64,000 nt of DNA, from the NCBI GenBank assembly GCA_965203555.1, contig CBDBCY010000004.1:352001-416000 (forward strand), read 5' to 3'. Shown here piece after piece: positions 42,217 to 53,195 of the stretch. This stretch comes from Acidimicrobiia bacterium (GTDB lineage Bacteria; Actinomycetota; Acidimicrobiia; Spongiisociales; ZC4RG35). The notes beneath the pieces were generated by a model. It ran no database searches and was not told the DNA's origin. It worked only from the letters and a program-made list of their open reading frames with translations. Both the position numbers and the translations under genes were made by a program. The stretch's first letter is position 1, and each line of letters opens with the position of its first letter.

Positions 42217-42521
42217 CCGCTGGGTGTGCCGATGCGCTGGCGCGTAGACACATAAGCGCAGGTCACAAGTTCCCTTGCGGAGGCCTTTAAGCTGGGGCAA
42301 GGAAGGTGCAGCGCCTGTGGAGCATCACAATCCGATCCGAAAGGCCGTTAGGCGGTGCCGAGGTAGCGAAACTCGGCCCCCGAATCGGGATGTATCCGCC
42401 CTAATCTTGGGCGGCCTGGTCAAGGAGTTGTCTGTTATTGACTCCCGCGATGGACGGAAGGAGGGTTGGGTGGATCCGGCACTAATCACGGCATCAGAAC
42501 CGGTCACAGAAAGAGGGGTGC

Positions 42522-43527
42522 ATGAACTTCGATGCTGACCTGAGAGACATCATCGAGTCCTATTTCGCCTCCGAGGGTATCCGGTACGAAAGCAGCGACG
42601 AACTAAGCCGCTTGGCGGTCCACTACTCTGAAATGCGGATTAGAAGAATCCCTGCGGTGCCCCGCACAGTGCATTTCTCCAATGAAATACATTCCTCTTT
42701 GGGTGAACTGGCCCGAGAAACGGACAGCGCCAAGGCAGCTAAGACTTCAGAGGCCTGGGGAACGGTCTTTTATCTTCACCAACTGTTTGTGGAAGGGGAA
42801 TCTGTGATCCCTCATCTGAGCAGACGGGTTGAGAATGCTGCAACGCAGGACCCGCTCTTGTGGGACTGGGCCCTTCATCATCTCCACCTCAGACGACATC
42901 CCGAGGACTCGGGTTTCGTCAAACGATCCGATTACTTGCTGTTTGCCATCGTCACCGGCACCGAGGCGTTCTTTGTAGATGTGAGACCCCACACCGATCC
43001 CGAGAAATTGTTGTGGTACAGACAGGACCTGATGCGGATTGTGCATTCGAACTGGCCAGAGTTGATCAAACCAAATGTCCTTCACGGTGTGACAGGTGAC
43101 GAATTGACGGACCAGCAAAGAAAGGTGCTGCGAGAGAAGAACACGAATTCCGTCATGGAATTGGGAGGGAAGGCCGTTGGCGCTCGGAGGGGGACTGATG
43201 CGTGACGGCAGCAGCCTACGGTGCAGGTGGTGGGTGATGCGGCTGCGGTGGGAACTGAAACAACATGCAGATCATCTCAACGCCAACGCCGCCGCGGTGA
43301 GGAAGGCACTGAAAGAGAAAGGGATAGACACCAGTGGAGGCCCGGACTTGAAGCTCGCGCTACTGGACGACCTGAACCCCCCATCGGACCTTGTCCAGTC
43401 CCTGCAGGAAGACAACGGTTTGAGCAAAGACTTGTCCCGTATGGGGTTTGTGATCGTCGAAGCTACCACGCTAACGCCCATAGCGGTCAGCATCGAAACG
43501 TCAAGCCCTTCGACCACGGCACTGTGA
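42522..43527 (+). pseudogene. Hypothetical protein split by one frameshift near 43180
   Basis: Overlapping ORFs 42522-43205 (DWALHHLHL..GFVKRSDYLLF) and 43177-43527 read as one protein; RBS-like AGAGGGG before ATG. Confidence 0.6.
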
Positions 43528-43534
43528 TTTGTGT

Positions 43535-45099
43535 ATGAACCATAGGGGAGAACGGTATCTGACGGTCCGCCAGTTCATCAGGCACGCTTCCCGTCTCAAG
43601 GTCCGTCTCACCAATGGTGAGCTTGAGTTTTATGAAGAGTTTTGTCTGTTGTTGCCGGTTGCCCGCACCCGCATGCCTACTGAGTATGCTGTTGCCCTGG
43701 AGCGAGAGCCAAGGCGCCGTCCGTTCAGCAGTTCCGAAGGCCTCGACCCACCAGAACTGTGGGCGCGGCTCGCCCCCGGTTTCCGGGACGGAATGCATGT
43801 CTTTGACCAGGAACGAGACAACCCGTTCCTAGAAATCCCGGTTTGTGCGACCTTTCGCCCATGGCACACCGACACAGTTCCCGTGTCGCTCTCCGACGGG
43901 AACAGAGGTACGGACAAGGACCGTTGAGCGGTATTACGCCGCATGGCAGGTGCACATTGTCGAAATTCTCCGCCGCGGCGGCTACTACCAGCGTGCCCCG
44001 TTCCTCAGCGCACGGCCCGAATCTCATCTTCTTCGGAAGAGGTACCAACTGCCCGAGAACACGAAAAGCATCCGGTCTCTCAACGGGACGGCGATCGGCT
44101 ACGACGCTCTGACACTGTTCGGCGTTGCCCGCAGGATCGCCCGACGGGAGGCCTACTTTGCCGTCTCCGGTTGAGCAAAGTGCGTCTAAGACGGCGGGTC
44201 GGGAACTGGGCGACCTCTTGAAGCGTCGAGCACAGCGGGCTGTGAGAGTCTCCGGGGTTGACGAACCGGCCTTATACAACTTTGTAGACAAGCTCACCCG
44301 AATGATCGAGGACTACGGGGCAAGGAGAGGTTTGCGTTGGCTGAAGACGCAGAACAGGACCTTTGGGAAACCAGTCAGTTCGCCTACTACGCATACGACC
44401 ACGACTGGGACAGATTCTTGGCCGCCGCCGAAACCCACGTAGGACAACACCTGGTAGACAGGCTCCGACGGCTCGATCCCGTAGAAGCAACCAAACTCGA
44501 AGCAATGGAGAACCTCGAAAGCATCCTCCAGGACGGAAGCATCGACGTAGACGCCGATGACCATTCGAACACCCTCGAGAAATCGTCGAGTTCTGCCTGA
44601 CACATGATCTCTTCGAAGTCCTCACCGGCATTCAAAACTATTCCTACTCCTTATCCGACCAGCGACGGGACGGCTATCCCGGGTTCCCCTACCGCATGCT
44701 CCGTCCTCTTGCTCTCGCAGTGGAACAACTCGTTCGGGGGATCTTGAACGCCGCCGACAAACCCTATCACGGAAGGGCCTTACCGCGTTGATCAAGATCA
44801 TCGGAGCAGACTCTACATGGCTCCGACACTTCAATTGCCTCTCCAACAAGCGCAAAACATGGGACACCCACGGAGATCTGCATGCGAAGGCCCTAGCCGT
44901 TGCCCGTTCAATCCAAACACTGAGCGTCAAAGATGACGAGACAATCGCAAGAACACTGGTATGTGCCGTCCATACCCGGAACCTCGTGTCCCACAGGCAC
45001 AAGTTCCTCCCCACAGAAGTAACTCTGACCCTCGGAGGAACATGCGCCAAAGCGATAGTTCTTCTATGGCTCCTAGCCAAAGGAAAAGGGTTGGTCTGA
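43535..45099 (+). pseudogene. Multiply frameshifted gene with C-terminal HEPN-like RxxxxH motif
   Basis: Chain of overlapping plus-strand ORF pieces ending in VHTRNLVSHRH. Confidence 0.5.
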
Positions 45100-45279
45100 T
45101 TGACCACGGTTGGCTCATGACTGGCCAACTCTTCGCCACCATACATGTACAACCCTCAGGGAAGGCGGCTACTTATCCGGCCCTGCGCGTTTTTTGGGAT
45201 TGGTGGTCTGGCTGCTGGGTGGTGGGATTCATGTTAGGAGGAGTGCTCGGGCGGCGTAGTTATGAGGGTTGGTGAAGCC

Positions 45280-45600
45280 GTGGGCGGTACGTCGGAGGGA
45301 GTGGAGGGGGTTCGTCGGGTGGTGAGGGTGATCTGGTGGTGGTTGGCGGTCAGTTCCACCCGGCGGATGCGGTTGAGCATCCTCAATGCCCGGGCGGCGA
45401 GGTGCTGCTGTTTCAGGTCGGGATCCCGCACATCGGCCGCGGTGAGAGCGCGGATGGTGAGTGATTCCACGAAAGCAGCGTAAACCCTCAAACGTTCCGG
45501 CAAGACCGCGGTGTTGGACAGAACCTTGGACTTTCCATGTCGCCGAAGCAACTCCTCCGCTTTTGGGTGACAAAGCAGCCAGAACCGCTTAGATTTGATC
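45280..45600 (-). pseudogene. IS1634-like transposase remnant
   Basis: RFWLLCHPKAEE and PERLRVYAAF..ARALRMLNRIRRVEL resemble IS1634-family segments; GT-rich flank. Confidence 0.45.
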
Positions 45601-46047
45601 CCGCCCCCCGGGGTGGCCGGTGACAATGTTCCGTCGGCAGTGTCCCCCACCGACCACCGACCACCAGCCCCGAGATGAAAGAAGGGTCCGCTAATGCTGC
45701 CGCCGGCCGTTGCGGTAGCCGGATTCGGGACAGTCAGGCCTCTGCGAAGCCGCTGCCACTCCAAGGAACGGTACCCAGGAGTCACACGCGATGAGCACGA
45801 ACGCGTCATTCCCTATCTTGGATTGAAAGCCTGTCGTTACGGCGGTCAGCTAGCCCAGCATGAGGCCCTTTCCGACTGGGAAGTCCAGTGAAAGCCAACG
45901 CTCCTGCCTAATCGCGTTGTGGTACGATAATCCGGCGGGCTGGGGGCATTTTCCCCGCTTGGGACAGTTGAGGCGCCCTGGTCAGGCTCATGGTTCGGAG
46001 GCAGCCTTGTCTGCAATACTCACCAATGCTCAGAGGAGGACACCAAA

Positions 46048-47970
46048 ATGAGGCTCTCGTCGTTTCAGGTAGGTCCGTACCGGAACGTGCTGGATTCCGA
46101 CCCTGTCGATGTCCACCCGGAGGTAACCGTGTTGGTTGGCAAGAACGAGTCGGGCAAGACCAACCTACTGCACGCCCTTCACGCTCTAAAACCGGCCAAC
46201 GGCGAACGTGCTTTCCCCCGACTCGACTATCCCCGCTGGCTGCAGAAAGCCCACGAACGCAGCGGCGAGTACAAGAAAGCCAAGCCGATACAGGTCGTTT
46301 TCGATCTCACAGATGAAGATGTCCAAGCGGCCACCGACAGGTTCGGCGAGAACGTCCTGACCGCGAAGACGGTTTCTGGTTATCGCACCTACGAATCCGA
46401 GGAATTTGTCTTTTGCCCGCCCGCTTGTGACGTAACCACCGCACTAAAGCGCCTTTACAGGAACCTCTCCGTGCCGTTTCTGGAGGGGGCCTCCGACATC
46501 GGACGCCTTCGGGAGCAGCTGCAGAGCACCGCCCAAGAAAGGGGTCAGGACGGCCAAACCAATCATGCTGTCACCGCAGGCGAGGTGCTCAAACGTTTGG
46601 AAGCCGCCTACAGCGGTTTCGATTCCGTCTCCGAAGCAATCTGCGCTTTCCTTTCGGAACGTGTCCCTCGGTTCTTCTACTTCGATAGATACGCTGAGTT
46701 GCCGGGAACCACCGACACCGGGCCGCTTGTTCAGCATCTCCAGTCAACGGAACTCACGGGATCCTCAGAACTAAATTCTCGGCAGCGGACCGCTCTCGGC
46801 CTTCTCCGTATGGGGTTAGCCGACGATGAGATAATCGCCGACGAATACGACGCTCGCCAGGCCGAGTTGCAGGCCGTGAGCGCCGAACTCACCCGGAAAG
46901 TGCTGGACTACTGGAAGCAAAACCAGCACCTCCGTTTGACGATCAACATCAACCCCGTCGTTGACAGTAGCCATTATCCGAGCATCCTGCGGCGCGAATT
47001 GAAGCTTGATGTGATGGATGACCGGCATTATTTCACCAACAGTCTCGATGCTCGGTCCAACGGCTTCCGGTGGTTCGTTTCGTTCATAGCAGCCTTCGCC
47101 GAGTTCGAGGAGGACTCGAACGTGATCGTTCTCCTGGACGAACCCGGATTGAATCTCCACGCCCGCGCCCAGGCGGACTTCCTCCGATTCGTCAACGAAC
47201 AATTGGCTGCCAGTCACCAGGTCGTGTTCACGACCCACTCGCCGTTCATGGTTGACCCCGCAAGGCTTGACCGCGTACGCGTGGTCGAGGACACCGGCCC
47301 TGACATCGGAGCCAAGGTCGCCACGACGGACAACGCATCGAAAGACCGCGACACCCTCTTCCCGCTCCAAGCCGCCCTCGGATACGATATCGCCCAGAAC
47401 CTGTTCGTAGGCCCGGACAACCTTGTGGTTGAGGGACTCTCCGACTTCACCTACCTGACGACCCTCTCCAACCACCTCGCCTCCGTGGATCGAACCCACT
47501 TGGACGAACGGTGGAGAATCCTCCCCGCGGGAGGCGCCACCAACATCCCCACCTTTGTTGCACTGGTCGGACCGTCGCTCGATGTCACCGTCCTAGTTGA
47601 CGGCGCCGATGCTTCAAGCCAGAAGATCCGCAACCTTATGGAGAAGGGACTGCTCGACGACAAGCGCCTGCTGACCCCTAACGCCGGAACGCCCACTAAA
47701 GACGCCGACATCGAGGACCTGTTCACCGACGAGGACTATCTGAGGATATACAATCCCGCCTTAAATACCGCCTTGAAGATCTCGGACATCTCAGGTATCG
47801 ACCGGCTGACCAAGCGCATCGAAAGGGCAGCGGGAAAGTTTGGACACAACAAGCCGTCCACCTATCTACTGCACAACCGGGACAAGATCCTTCCCAAACT
47901 GTCAGAAACCACCTTGGAGCGTTTTGAGAAGATGATCGTGGCAATCAACAAGACACTGACGGCTGACTAG
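46048..47970 (+). CDS. OLD-family ATP-dependent nuclease (ABC ATPase + TOPRIM)
   Basis: GKNESGKT, SNGFRWF, LLDEPG, TTHSP, TOPRIM VVEGLSD, DIEDLF; RBS GAGGAGG. Confidence 0.88.
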   Translation: MRLSSFQVGPYRNVLDSDPVDVHPEVTVLVGKNESGKTNLLHALHALKPANGERAFPRLDYPRWLQKAHERSGEYKKAKPIQVVFDLTDEDVQAATDRFGENVLTAKTVSGYRTYESEEFVFCPPACDVTTALKRLYRNLSVPFLEGASDIGRLREQLQSTAQERGQDGQTNHAVTAGEVLKRLEAAYSGFDSVSEAICAFLSERVPRFFYFDRYAELPGTTDTGPLVQHLQSTELTGSSELNSRQRTALGLLRMGLADDEIIADEYDARQAELQAVSAELTRKVLDYWKQNQHLRLTININPVVDSSHYPSILRRELKLDVMDDRHYFTNSLDARSNGFRWFVSFIAAFAEFEEDSNVIVLLDEPGLNLHARAQADFLRFVNEQLAASHQVVFTTHSPFMVDPARLDRVRVVEDTGPDIGAKVATTDNASKDRDTLFPLQAALGYDIAQNLFVGPDNLVVEGLSDFTYLTTLSNHLASVDRTHLDERWRILPAGGATNIPTFVALVGPSLDVTVLVDGADASSQKIRNLMEKGLLDDKRLLTPNAGTPTKDADIEDLFTDEDYLRIYNPALNTALKISDISGIDRLTKRIERAAGKFGHNKPSTYLLHNRDKILPKLSETTLERFEKMIVAINKTLTAD

Positions 47971-48367
47971 CACGCCGACTCTTTGGGCTGTGGCAGGCTA
48001 CCCCCTTCGCTGATGGGGAGCAGAGTCAATAGACCGCTCACCCGCACCCGGGGCGGTGGTCATTTGAGGGGAGCGGACGAAGCGGCATGCGGTTGCCAAC
48101 AACAACCGCGCCCCATACCGAACGTGTCAGCCACCTGCCTGGTGCCCGGCCGGACTTGGTCGCACGGGGCCTCGTGTGGTAAGTGTTGACTGGACATGCC
48201 CTCTGACCTGGTGAAACACCAAATTGTTCGCTAAATTTGGGGGCTACCATCCCAGCTGTATGTTGACCACCGGCGGGGAGGATCACTGCCTTTTAGGCCA
48301 GGTGCTGACCCGTGGGTAAGCTATTTGCCCCAGCCTCTCTCGCAACGCCCTGGGTAAGGAGATCGTC

Positions 48368-49219
48368 ATACAACTGAAGCCTCCTTTCTCAGTTCGCAAC
48401 GACCCCGAAAGGCTCGAAGACTTCTTTGTCTTGAAAGAAGGGCTGCCATCCTGGGTACAGCAACCAATGTGGCGGTTTTTTCGTCATTGCTTTTTTGCGC
48501 CACCCCCATACCCGGGGAACCTCAACCCGCCACTCATGGAACTCCTAGAAGGACACACTGAGCGCGAATTGCCTCGCGATGAAGCAGCACTGAGACGCTT
48601 GTTCTTCGGTAACAGCGACCTATTTCTCGACGCTGTGGACTTCGGCTTGCGAGTGGTATCGGGGAAAAGAGATCATATGGAGGCCGTAGGAGATTTGGCT
48701 TTCCATCTTAATCACGCTAGGAGTGTCTACACGATCGGGAACGACGACGGGAATGACGAAATCCAGTACCGACAACCCCTCGAGATGACCCGATTAGTGG
48801 AAGAAGCGACAAGTGGCCGAGATCGGTCCGCGCTCCACATACAAGAGGCTTGGTCGAACGCTTTCAAGCTCGATGCCAACCTCAACGCGGCTGGAGCGGC
48901 GGCAGTGAAAGCAGTCGAAGTTGCCACCAAACCTGTCATCATCCCCAACAACGACAAGGCCACCTTAGGTCAGATCATCAGGGCGATGAAAGACAAACCC
49001 GCGAAGTGGGAGACCGACTCCGAGGCGGATAGAAGCCTCGAGACCGTTACGGATATGATGGACCAGATTTGGAAGGGCCATTACAGGCATGGCGACGAGA
49101 CGAAGCCGTTCGCGGCGTCCGCCGCCGGAACGGAGATGATTGTACACCTTGCTGTGGTGGTAACGCATTGGTTCAATTCGGGAAAGATCCGAAACGTCTC
49201 ACCAAGGGCCGAAGACTAA
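48368..49219 (+). CDS. Hypothetical helical protein, possibly Abi/HEPN-like
   Basis: AVKAVE..P..PNNDKATLGQII..W..YRHG pattern; RBS AAGGAG precedes in-frame ATA 48368, first canonical start TTG 48431. Confidence 0.55.
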   Translation: MQLKPPFSVRNDPERLEDFFVLKEGLPSWVQQPMWRFFRHCFFAPPPYPGNLNPPLMELLEGHTERELPRDEAALRRLFFGNSDLFLDAVDFGLRVVSGKRDHMEAVGDLAFHLNHARSVYTIGNDDGNDEIQYRQPLEMTRLVEEATSGRDRSALHIQEAWSNAFKLDANLNAAGAAAVKAVEVATKPVIIPNNDKATLGQIIRAMKDKPAKWETDSEADRSLETVTDMMDQIWKGHYRHGDETKPFAASAAGTEMIVHLAVVVTHWFNSGKIRNVSPRAED

Positions 49220-49321
49220 GGAGACATGCTGCTCAGTTGTGCGGGAGGGTACAAACTGCACTACAAGCCGACAGTAGCTTGTGTCCCCACCTGCAACCTA
49301 GTCTCCAGTTGTTGGCGTTGG

Positions 49322-49378
49322 TGATGACGATCATCGAAAATCCTCAGGAGTCGATCATCGAAAGTGCTCACCCTGGGG
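49322..49378. mobile_element. Orphan IS21-family terminal repeat
   Basis: TGATGACGATCATCGAAAA..GAGTCGATCATCGAAAGTGCTCACCCTGGG closely matches the IS21 end at 58146. Confidence 0.8.
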
Positions 49379-49593
49379 GTGATGAGCGCCTTCGCTGAAC
49401 ACCACGGGTGGTAAAACCGACCAAAGTTGTCGTGAACAAAGAACTCCCACTCCGGCCCAGAACATCAGAGCCCTCCTATTCCCACGAGAGCTACATTGAC
49501 TTGGTCAAGGTAGACTGTCGGTCGGCCATCCTTTCCGCCATCGTCGGTGTCTCCCCTATCGCTCTGTTTACGGTGCCCGCCTGTGTTTGAGTG

Positions 49594-51147
49594 TCACCGG
49601 GCGAGGATGTTGTGGAGGCGGTAGAGGAACGTAACGATTTGTGCTCGGGTTACGGTCCCGTTGGGGTCAAACCGGCCTTCTCCCACACCAGCGGTCATCT
49701 TGGTGGCTACGGCCCACCCTATTGCCTCATCCGCCCAATGTCCGGCTGGGACATCTGCGAATGTACCAGAACCAAGGGGGACGGTGGTGGGCGCATCGGC
49801 GAGGATGTTGTGGAGGCGGTAGAGGAACGTAACGATTTGTGCTCGGGTTACGGTCCCGTTGGGGTCAAACCGGCCTTCTCCCACACCAGCGGTTATGTTG
49901 TTGCCCACCGCCCATCTGATAGCTTCATCCGCCCAGTTCCACGGGCTGACATCAGCGAAGCTTCCTCCCCACTGTCGGGCGTCGTAGTTGTCCCACCAAT
50001 CGTCGTTAGCGGTCTCGTACGCAGCGCGGGCGCTGCCGTATGCTGCTGCTGCGGCGCTAAGAGCGGTGCGGGCTGTCAGAGCTGAGTGGATAGCGTCTAT
50101 TGCGCCATCTCCCTCAATGTCCTGGCTGCCGGCTATGGCCACCAAGGCTCTTGCTGTTCGGTGTTCGGCGGTGCGGAGGGCTTCGAGAACATCTCCAGTG
50201 CTGGCGGTAGTGTCAGTACCGCGGGCCTGGGCGACAGCCGCGGCTAGCACCGCATCGTGGTATGCGTTGGTAGCGTTCCCGACCGCGGCGACGGCCGAGT
50301 TTTGTTCTTGGCGGTAAGCATTTTCAGCGTCGTTCCATTCGTCAAGTGCCGCATCAACATCTTCCCACTCTTGGGCGATAGCGGCGGTTCGGGCATCATT
50401 ACGGGCGGCGAGAGCTTCGAGATCCGCGGCGGTCAAGCTATCGTGCCAAGTGGTAAGTGCCATATCCTGAGCAGCGTTGGAAGCCTTTAGCGCTGCTCGG
50501 TCAGCATCCTGGTTTGTTTCGATGGTCTCACGGTCCGCCACCAGTAGGGTATGGGCCGATGTCAGAGCATCGTGAGCGGTAGTGAGACCTCGGGTGCGAT
50601 CCTGTGCAGCAGACAAAACGTCCGTAAACACTGCCGTGTCGCCGGTAGCAACACCCTCAGCGGCGCCCCGGAGTGCCTCAGCGGCGGCCCGGTAAGCCGG
50701 AACAGCCTCATCGTTGTAGGCGGCTATTACCGCTTTCAAGGCTGTGTGATCTGGCTCCGGTGTCTGGTAATCAATCTGCGCCGCGCGTAAGTTTCGCCAG
50801 GCATCCCACGCCTCGTCAGAGGCATCAAAGAGAGCAAAGAGGTGAGCTATGTCGGCGTCGGTGGCCTCAAGATTCGTTGTTCCGTTGGCCAAATTATGAA
50901 ATCGATACAGGAAGTCAATCAACCGGGACCGGGTTACCGTGCTGTTGGGTTCAAACCGGTCAGGTTCCACTCCCTCGGTTATGTTGCTGTTCACCGCCCA
51001 TCCGATAGCCTCATCCGCCCAATGCCCGGCTGGTACATCCGAGAAACCATCGGAACCCGGCGGGATGTCTGCGCTCGATGGGGCAATGACACTTACCAAG
51101 AGAACTACGAAGACAGCAGCAACCACGGATCTGCGCCAGCGCGTCAT
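49594..51147 (-). CDS. Secreted S-layer homology (SLH) domain protein
   Basis: Signal peptide; three FxDV..WADEAI.WA..G..RFxPNxTVTR modules flanking an Ala-rich helical region. Confidence 0.9.
   Translation of the reverse strand: MTRWRRSVVAAVFVVLLVSVIAPSSADIPPGSDGFSDVPAGHWADEAIGWAVNSNITEGVEPDRFEPNSTVTRSRLIDFLYRFHNLANGTTNLEATDADIAHLFALFDASDEAWDAWRNLRAAQIDYQTPEPDHTALKAVIAAYNDEAVPAYRAAAEALRGAAEGVATGDTAVFTDVLSAAQDRTRGLTTAHDALTSAHTLLVADRETIETNQDADRAALKASNAAQDMALTTWHDSLTAADLEALAARNDARTAAIAQEWEDVDAALDEWNDAENAYRQEQNSAVAAVGNATNAYHDAVLAAAVAQARGTDTTASTGDVLEALRTAEHRTARALVAIAGSQDIEGDGAIDAIHSALTARTALSAAAAAYGSARAAYETANDDWWDNYDARQWGGSFADVSPWNWADEAIRWAVGNNITAGVGEGRFDPNGTVTRAQIVTFLYRLHNILADAPTTVPLGSGTFADVPAGHWADEAIGWAVATKMTAGVGEGRFDPNGTVTRAQIVTFLYRLHNILAR
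49600..49893. repeat. 96-bp exact direct repeat within the last two SLH modules
   Basis: 49600-49695 is identical to 49798-49893. Confidence 0.88.
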
Positions 51148-51373
51148 ATGCTAAAGCGACCCTTCGGTTCTCTGATACGCACCCGCACAACAGCTCCTTT
51201 GACGGTTGGGGGACCTCCGAACCTGGCTCGCTCCCCTCGGACCGTTTCCCGCTGAATCCTATCACCGGAAGAAGCGAGGCACAATATCCCAAACACATCG
51301 CACGGATTCAGTCTTCAATCGCCCCTCCCGTAGACGGGAGGCGGGAAGGACTTGAATCCACCGATCAGGCGGT

Positions 51374-51607
51374 ATGGGTGAGAAGTGGCGGTATCTTGAG
51401 AACTCCGTAAGCGTAAGAGAGGCAGTCGAGCCCGGCCTGCGCCACTATAGAGTCGGCGAGCTGGAAAAGGCAGCCGGAGTGTTCATCGATGAGGATGCGA
51501 TGGCTGGGCTCGAAGGAAAGCTCGTCCCAAGAGCTCACGCGGCATGGACTACGGAATTCGGAGGGGGATCATGTGGTGACGGACTTTCGGAAGAACATGC
51601 ACTTTGA
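51374..51607 (+). CDS. Small hypothetical protein
   Basis: 77-aa ORF after AGGCGG; no recognisable motif. Confidence 0.35.
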   Translation: MGEKWRYLENSVSVREAVEPGLRHYRVGELEKAAGVFIDEDAMAGLEGKLVPRAHAAWTTEFGGGSCGDGLSEEHAL

Positions 51608-51809
51608 GTTAGAGTCCGGCAGCGCGTTTGTGTGGCCGAATTAACGGAAGGTCGTCTGTGATGCAGCCCCAACAGCGTAATAGGAACGAAAGGTAGTGGT
51701 GAGCGGGTCAGTCGTGCAACAATTGGTGTCCTTTGGCGGGTAGCCGTGTCGCTGGACAACACCAAGACGACATTGCTCGTTTGGCTACCGATATGAGAAC
51801 ATGGCGGAA

Positions 51810-51990
51810 CCTCAACCATGTCGAGTAAGCCACCTTGGAGTAGGTGGACTGGTTTAACCATCGGTGGCTCCTCGAATCCATCGGACACATCCCACCAGCA
51901 GAGAAGGAGGCCAACTACCATCAACAGCACACCCCAGCACCCCTACCTGGTGTCAAGCAAAACACGCTTCGGTAAGCCTGGGGCGGTTCA
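51810..51990 (+). mobile_element. IS3-family 3' remnant with right inverted repeat
   Basis: VE*ATLE*VDWFNHRWLLESIGHIPPAEKEANY and terminal CCTGGGGCGGTTCA. Confidence 0.85.
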
Positions 51991-52015
51991 GTTCAATGAC
52001 TGATCGGAGACTCCA

Positions 52016-52832
52016 ATGGCCATGTTCGACCCCAACCTGACGCGCGCGGTCGCTAGGATCTCCTCAGCCGACAACATGAGACACGGCACAGGGTTTCTCT
52101 TCGATGCCCCACCTCCAAGGGAAGAAAGCAGGATGGGTACCTGGTTCGTGACTTGCAAACACGTCTACGAGGGGATTCGCGAGGACGGGGACAAGGCCCT
52201 CATCTGGTTCAACGGCAACAGCGACCACTTGGGGGTCATACCGATGGAGGTTTGGGTCGCAGGCACCGAAGGGGGGGTGGCTTTGGACCCTGCACGACCA
52301 GTACGACGTGGCCGTCCTAGCGTTCTATGCGCTGGAGGAAAACCCCAACATCAGCTTCGCGAGACTCCCCCGGAAAGACCACTCCCTCGACAGACTGCAA
52401 GCACAGCAGATCGGGATTTCCGAGGGGGATGGAGTTTACATCTTGGGATTCCCTGTCGGGTGGGAGCCGTCCGATCGCCGCCATTACCCGGTCGTCCGAT
52501 TCGGGGTTGTGGCCCAAATCCAGGGACTCTATGACGGGTCGCACTCGACGTTCCTGGTTGACGGATCCGCGTTCGGGGGCAACAGCGGCAGCCCAGTGCT
52601 CACCAAGTTCGAGGTGGCTGGCATCCGGGGACTTCCGGTAGTCGACAGCACCAACCTGATCGGGATGGTCAGTGCATACAAGCTCAACCCGTCTCTTCTG
52701 GGCGAGATTTCAGAGCAGCAGGTGCTCTCCCGATTGATCGCAACCGAGAACGCCGACCTGATAACAGTGATCCCGGTAGACCACATCGACGAGACAATCG
52801 GCATGGCCTGCGAGAAGTACGGGATCACTTAA
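52016..52832 (+). pseudogene. Trypsin-like serine protease split by +1 frameshift in a G7 run
   Basis: Triad VTCKHV (ORF1), YDVAVL and GNSGSP (ORF2); G7 at 52271-52277. Confidence 0.82.
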
Positions 52833-52889
52833 ACGGGGAAAACGTCCTGGGTCCTCACGGATAGCTAATCTTCGAGAGTGTATCGCCCC

Positions 52890-53120
52890 GATGCTCCTAT
52901 GTTTGTCAAATCGGGTTTCGGTGGGGTGGGAGGGTGGTGAGCCATTGGTGGTAGCGGGTGGCGAGGTGGTGGTCGTGGTATTGGCCTCGTTCGAGTTGGG
53001 AGATGCGTGTTGGGTAGGTTCGGAGGGCTTCGGCGGCGTGGTTTAGGGTTGTTCCGGCGTTTTTGCGTAGGCAGCGAAGGTCGTTGCCGTGGAGCGTGGG
53101 GTGTGGGTTGGTGAGCCTCC
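52890..53120 (-). mobile_element. IS110-like 3' remnant (C-terminal HTH plus end)
   Basis: Minus strand LTNPHPTLHGNDLRCLRKNAGTTLNHAAEALRTYPTRISQLERG..LATRYHQWL then TTGACAAACATAGGAGCATC, an end pattern recalled from actinobacterial IS110 elements. Confidence 0.65.
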
Positions 53121-53195
53121 TAGTCAGGTGTTTCTGCCGGTAATGTCAGGTGCTGGAAGTCAGTTCGGGGAAACCTTGGGGGTCGTGGTCGGGTC

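Noticed and set aside
45185-45197. 13-bp identity (GCGCGTTTTTTGG) to the left transposon end
   Set aside because: Lacks the terminal GGGGTT and lies in the flank of a different IS remnant
48182-48190. AGTGTTGAC matching the flank of end copy 2 (possible TSD)
   Set aside because: No inverted end before it and no DrmD continuation after it; likely chance
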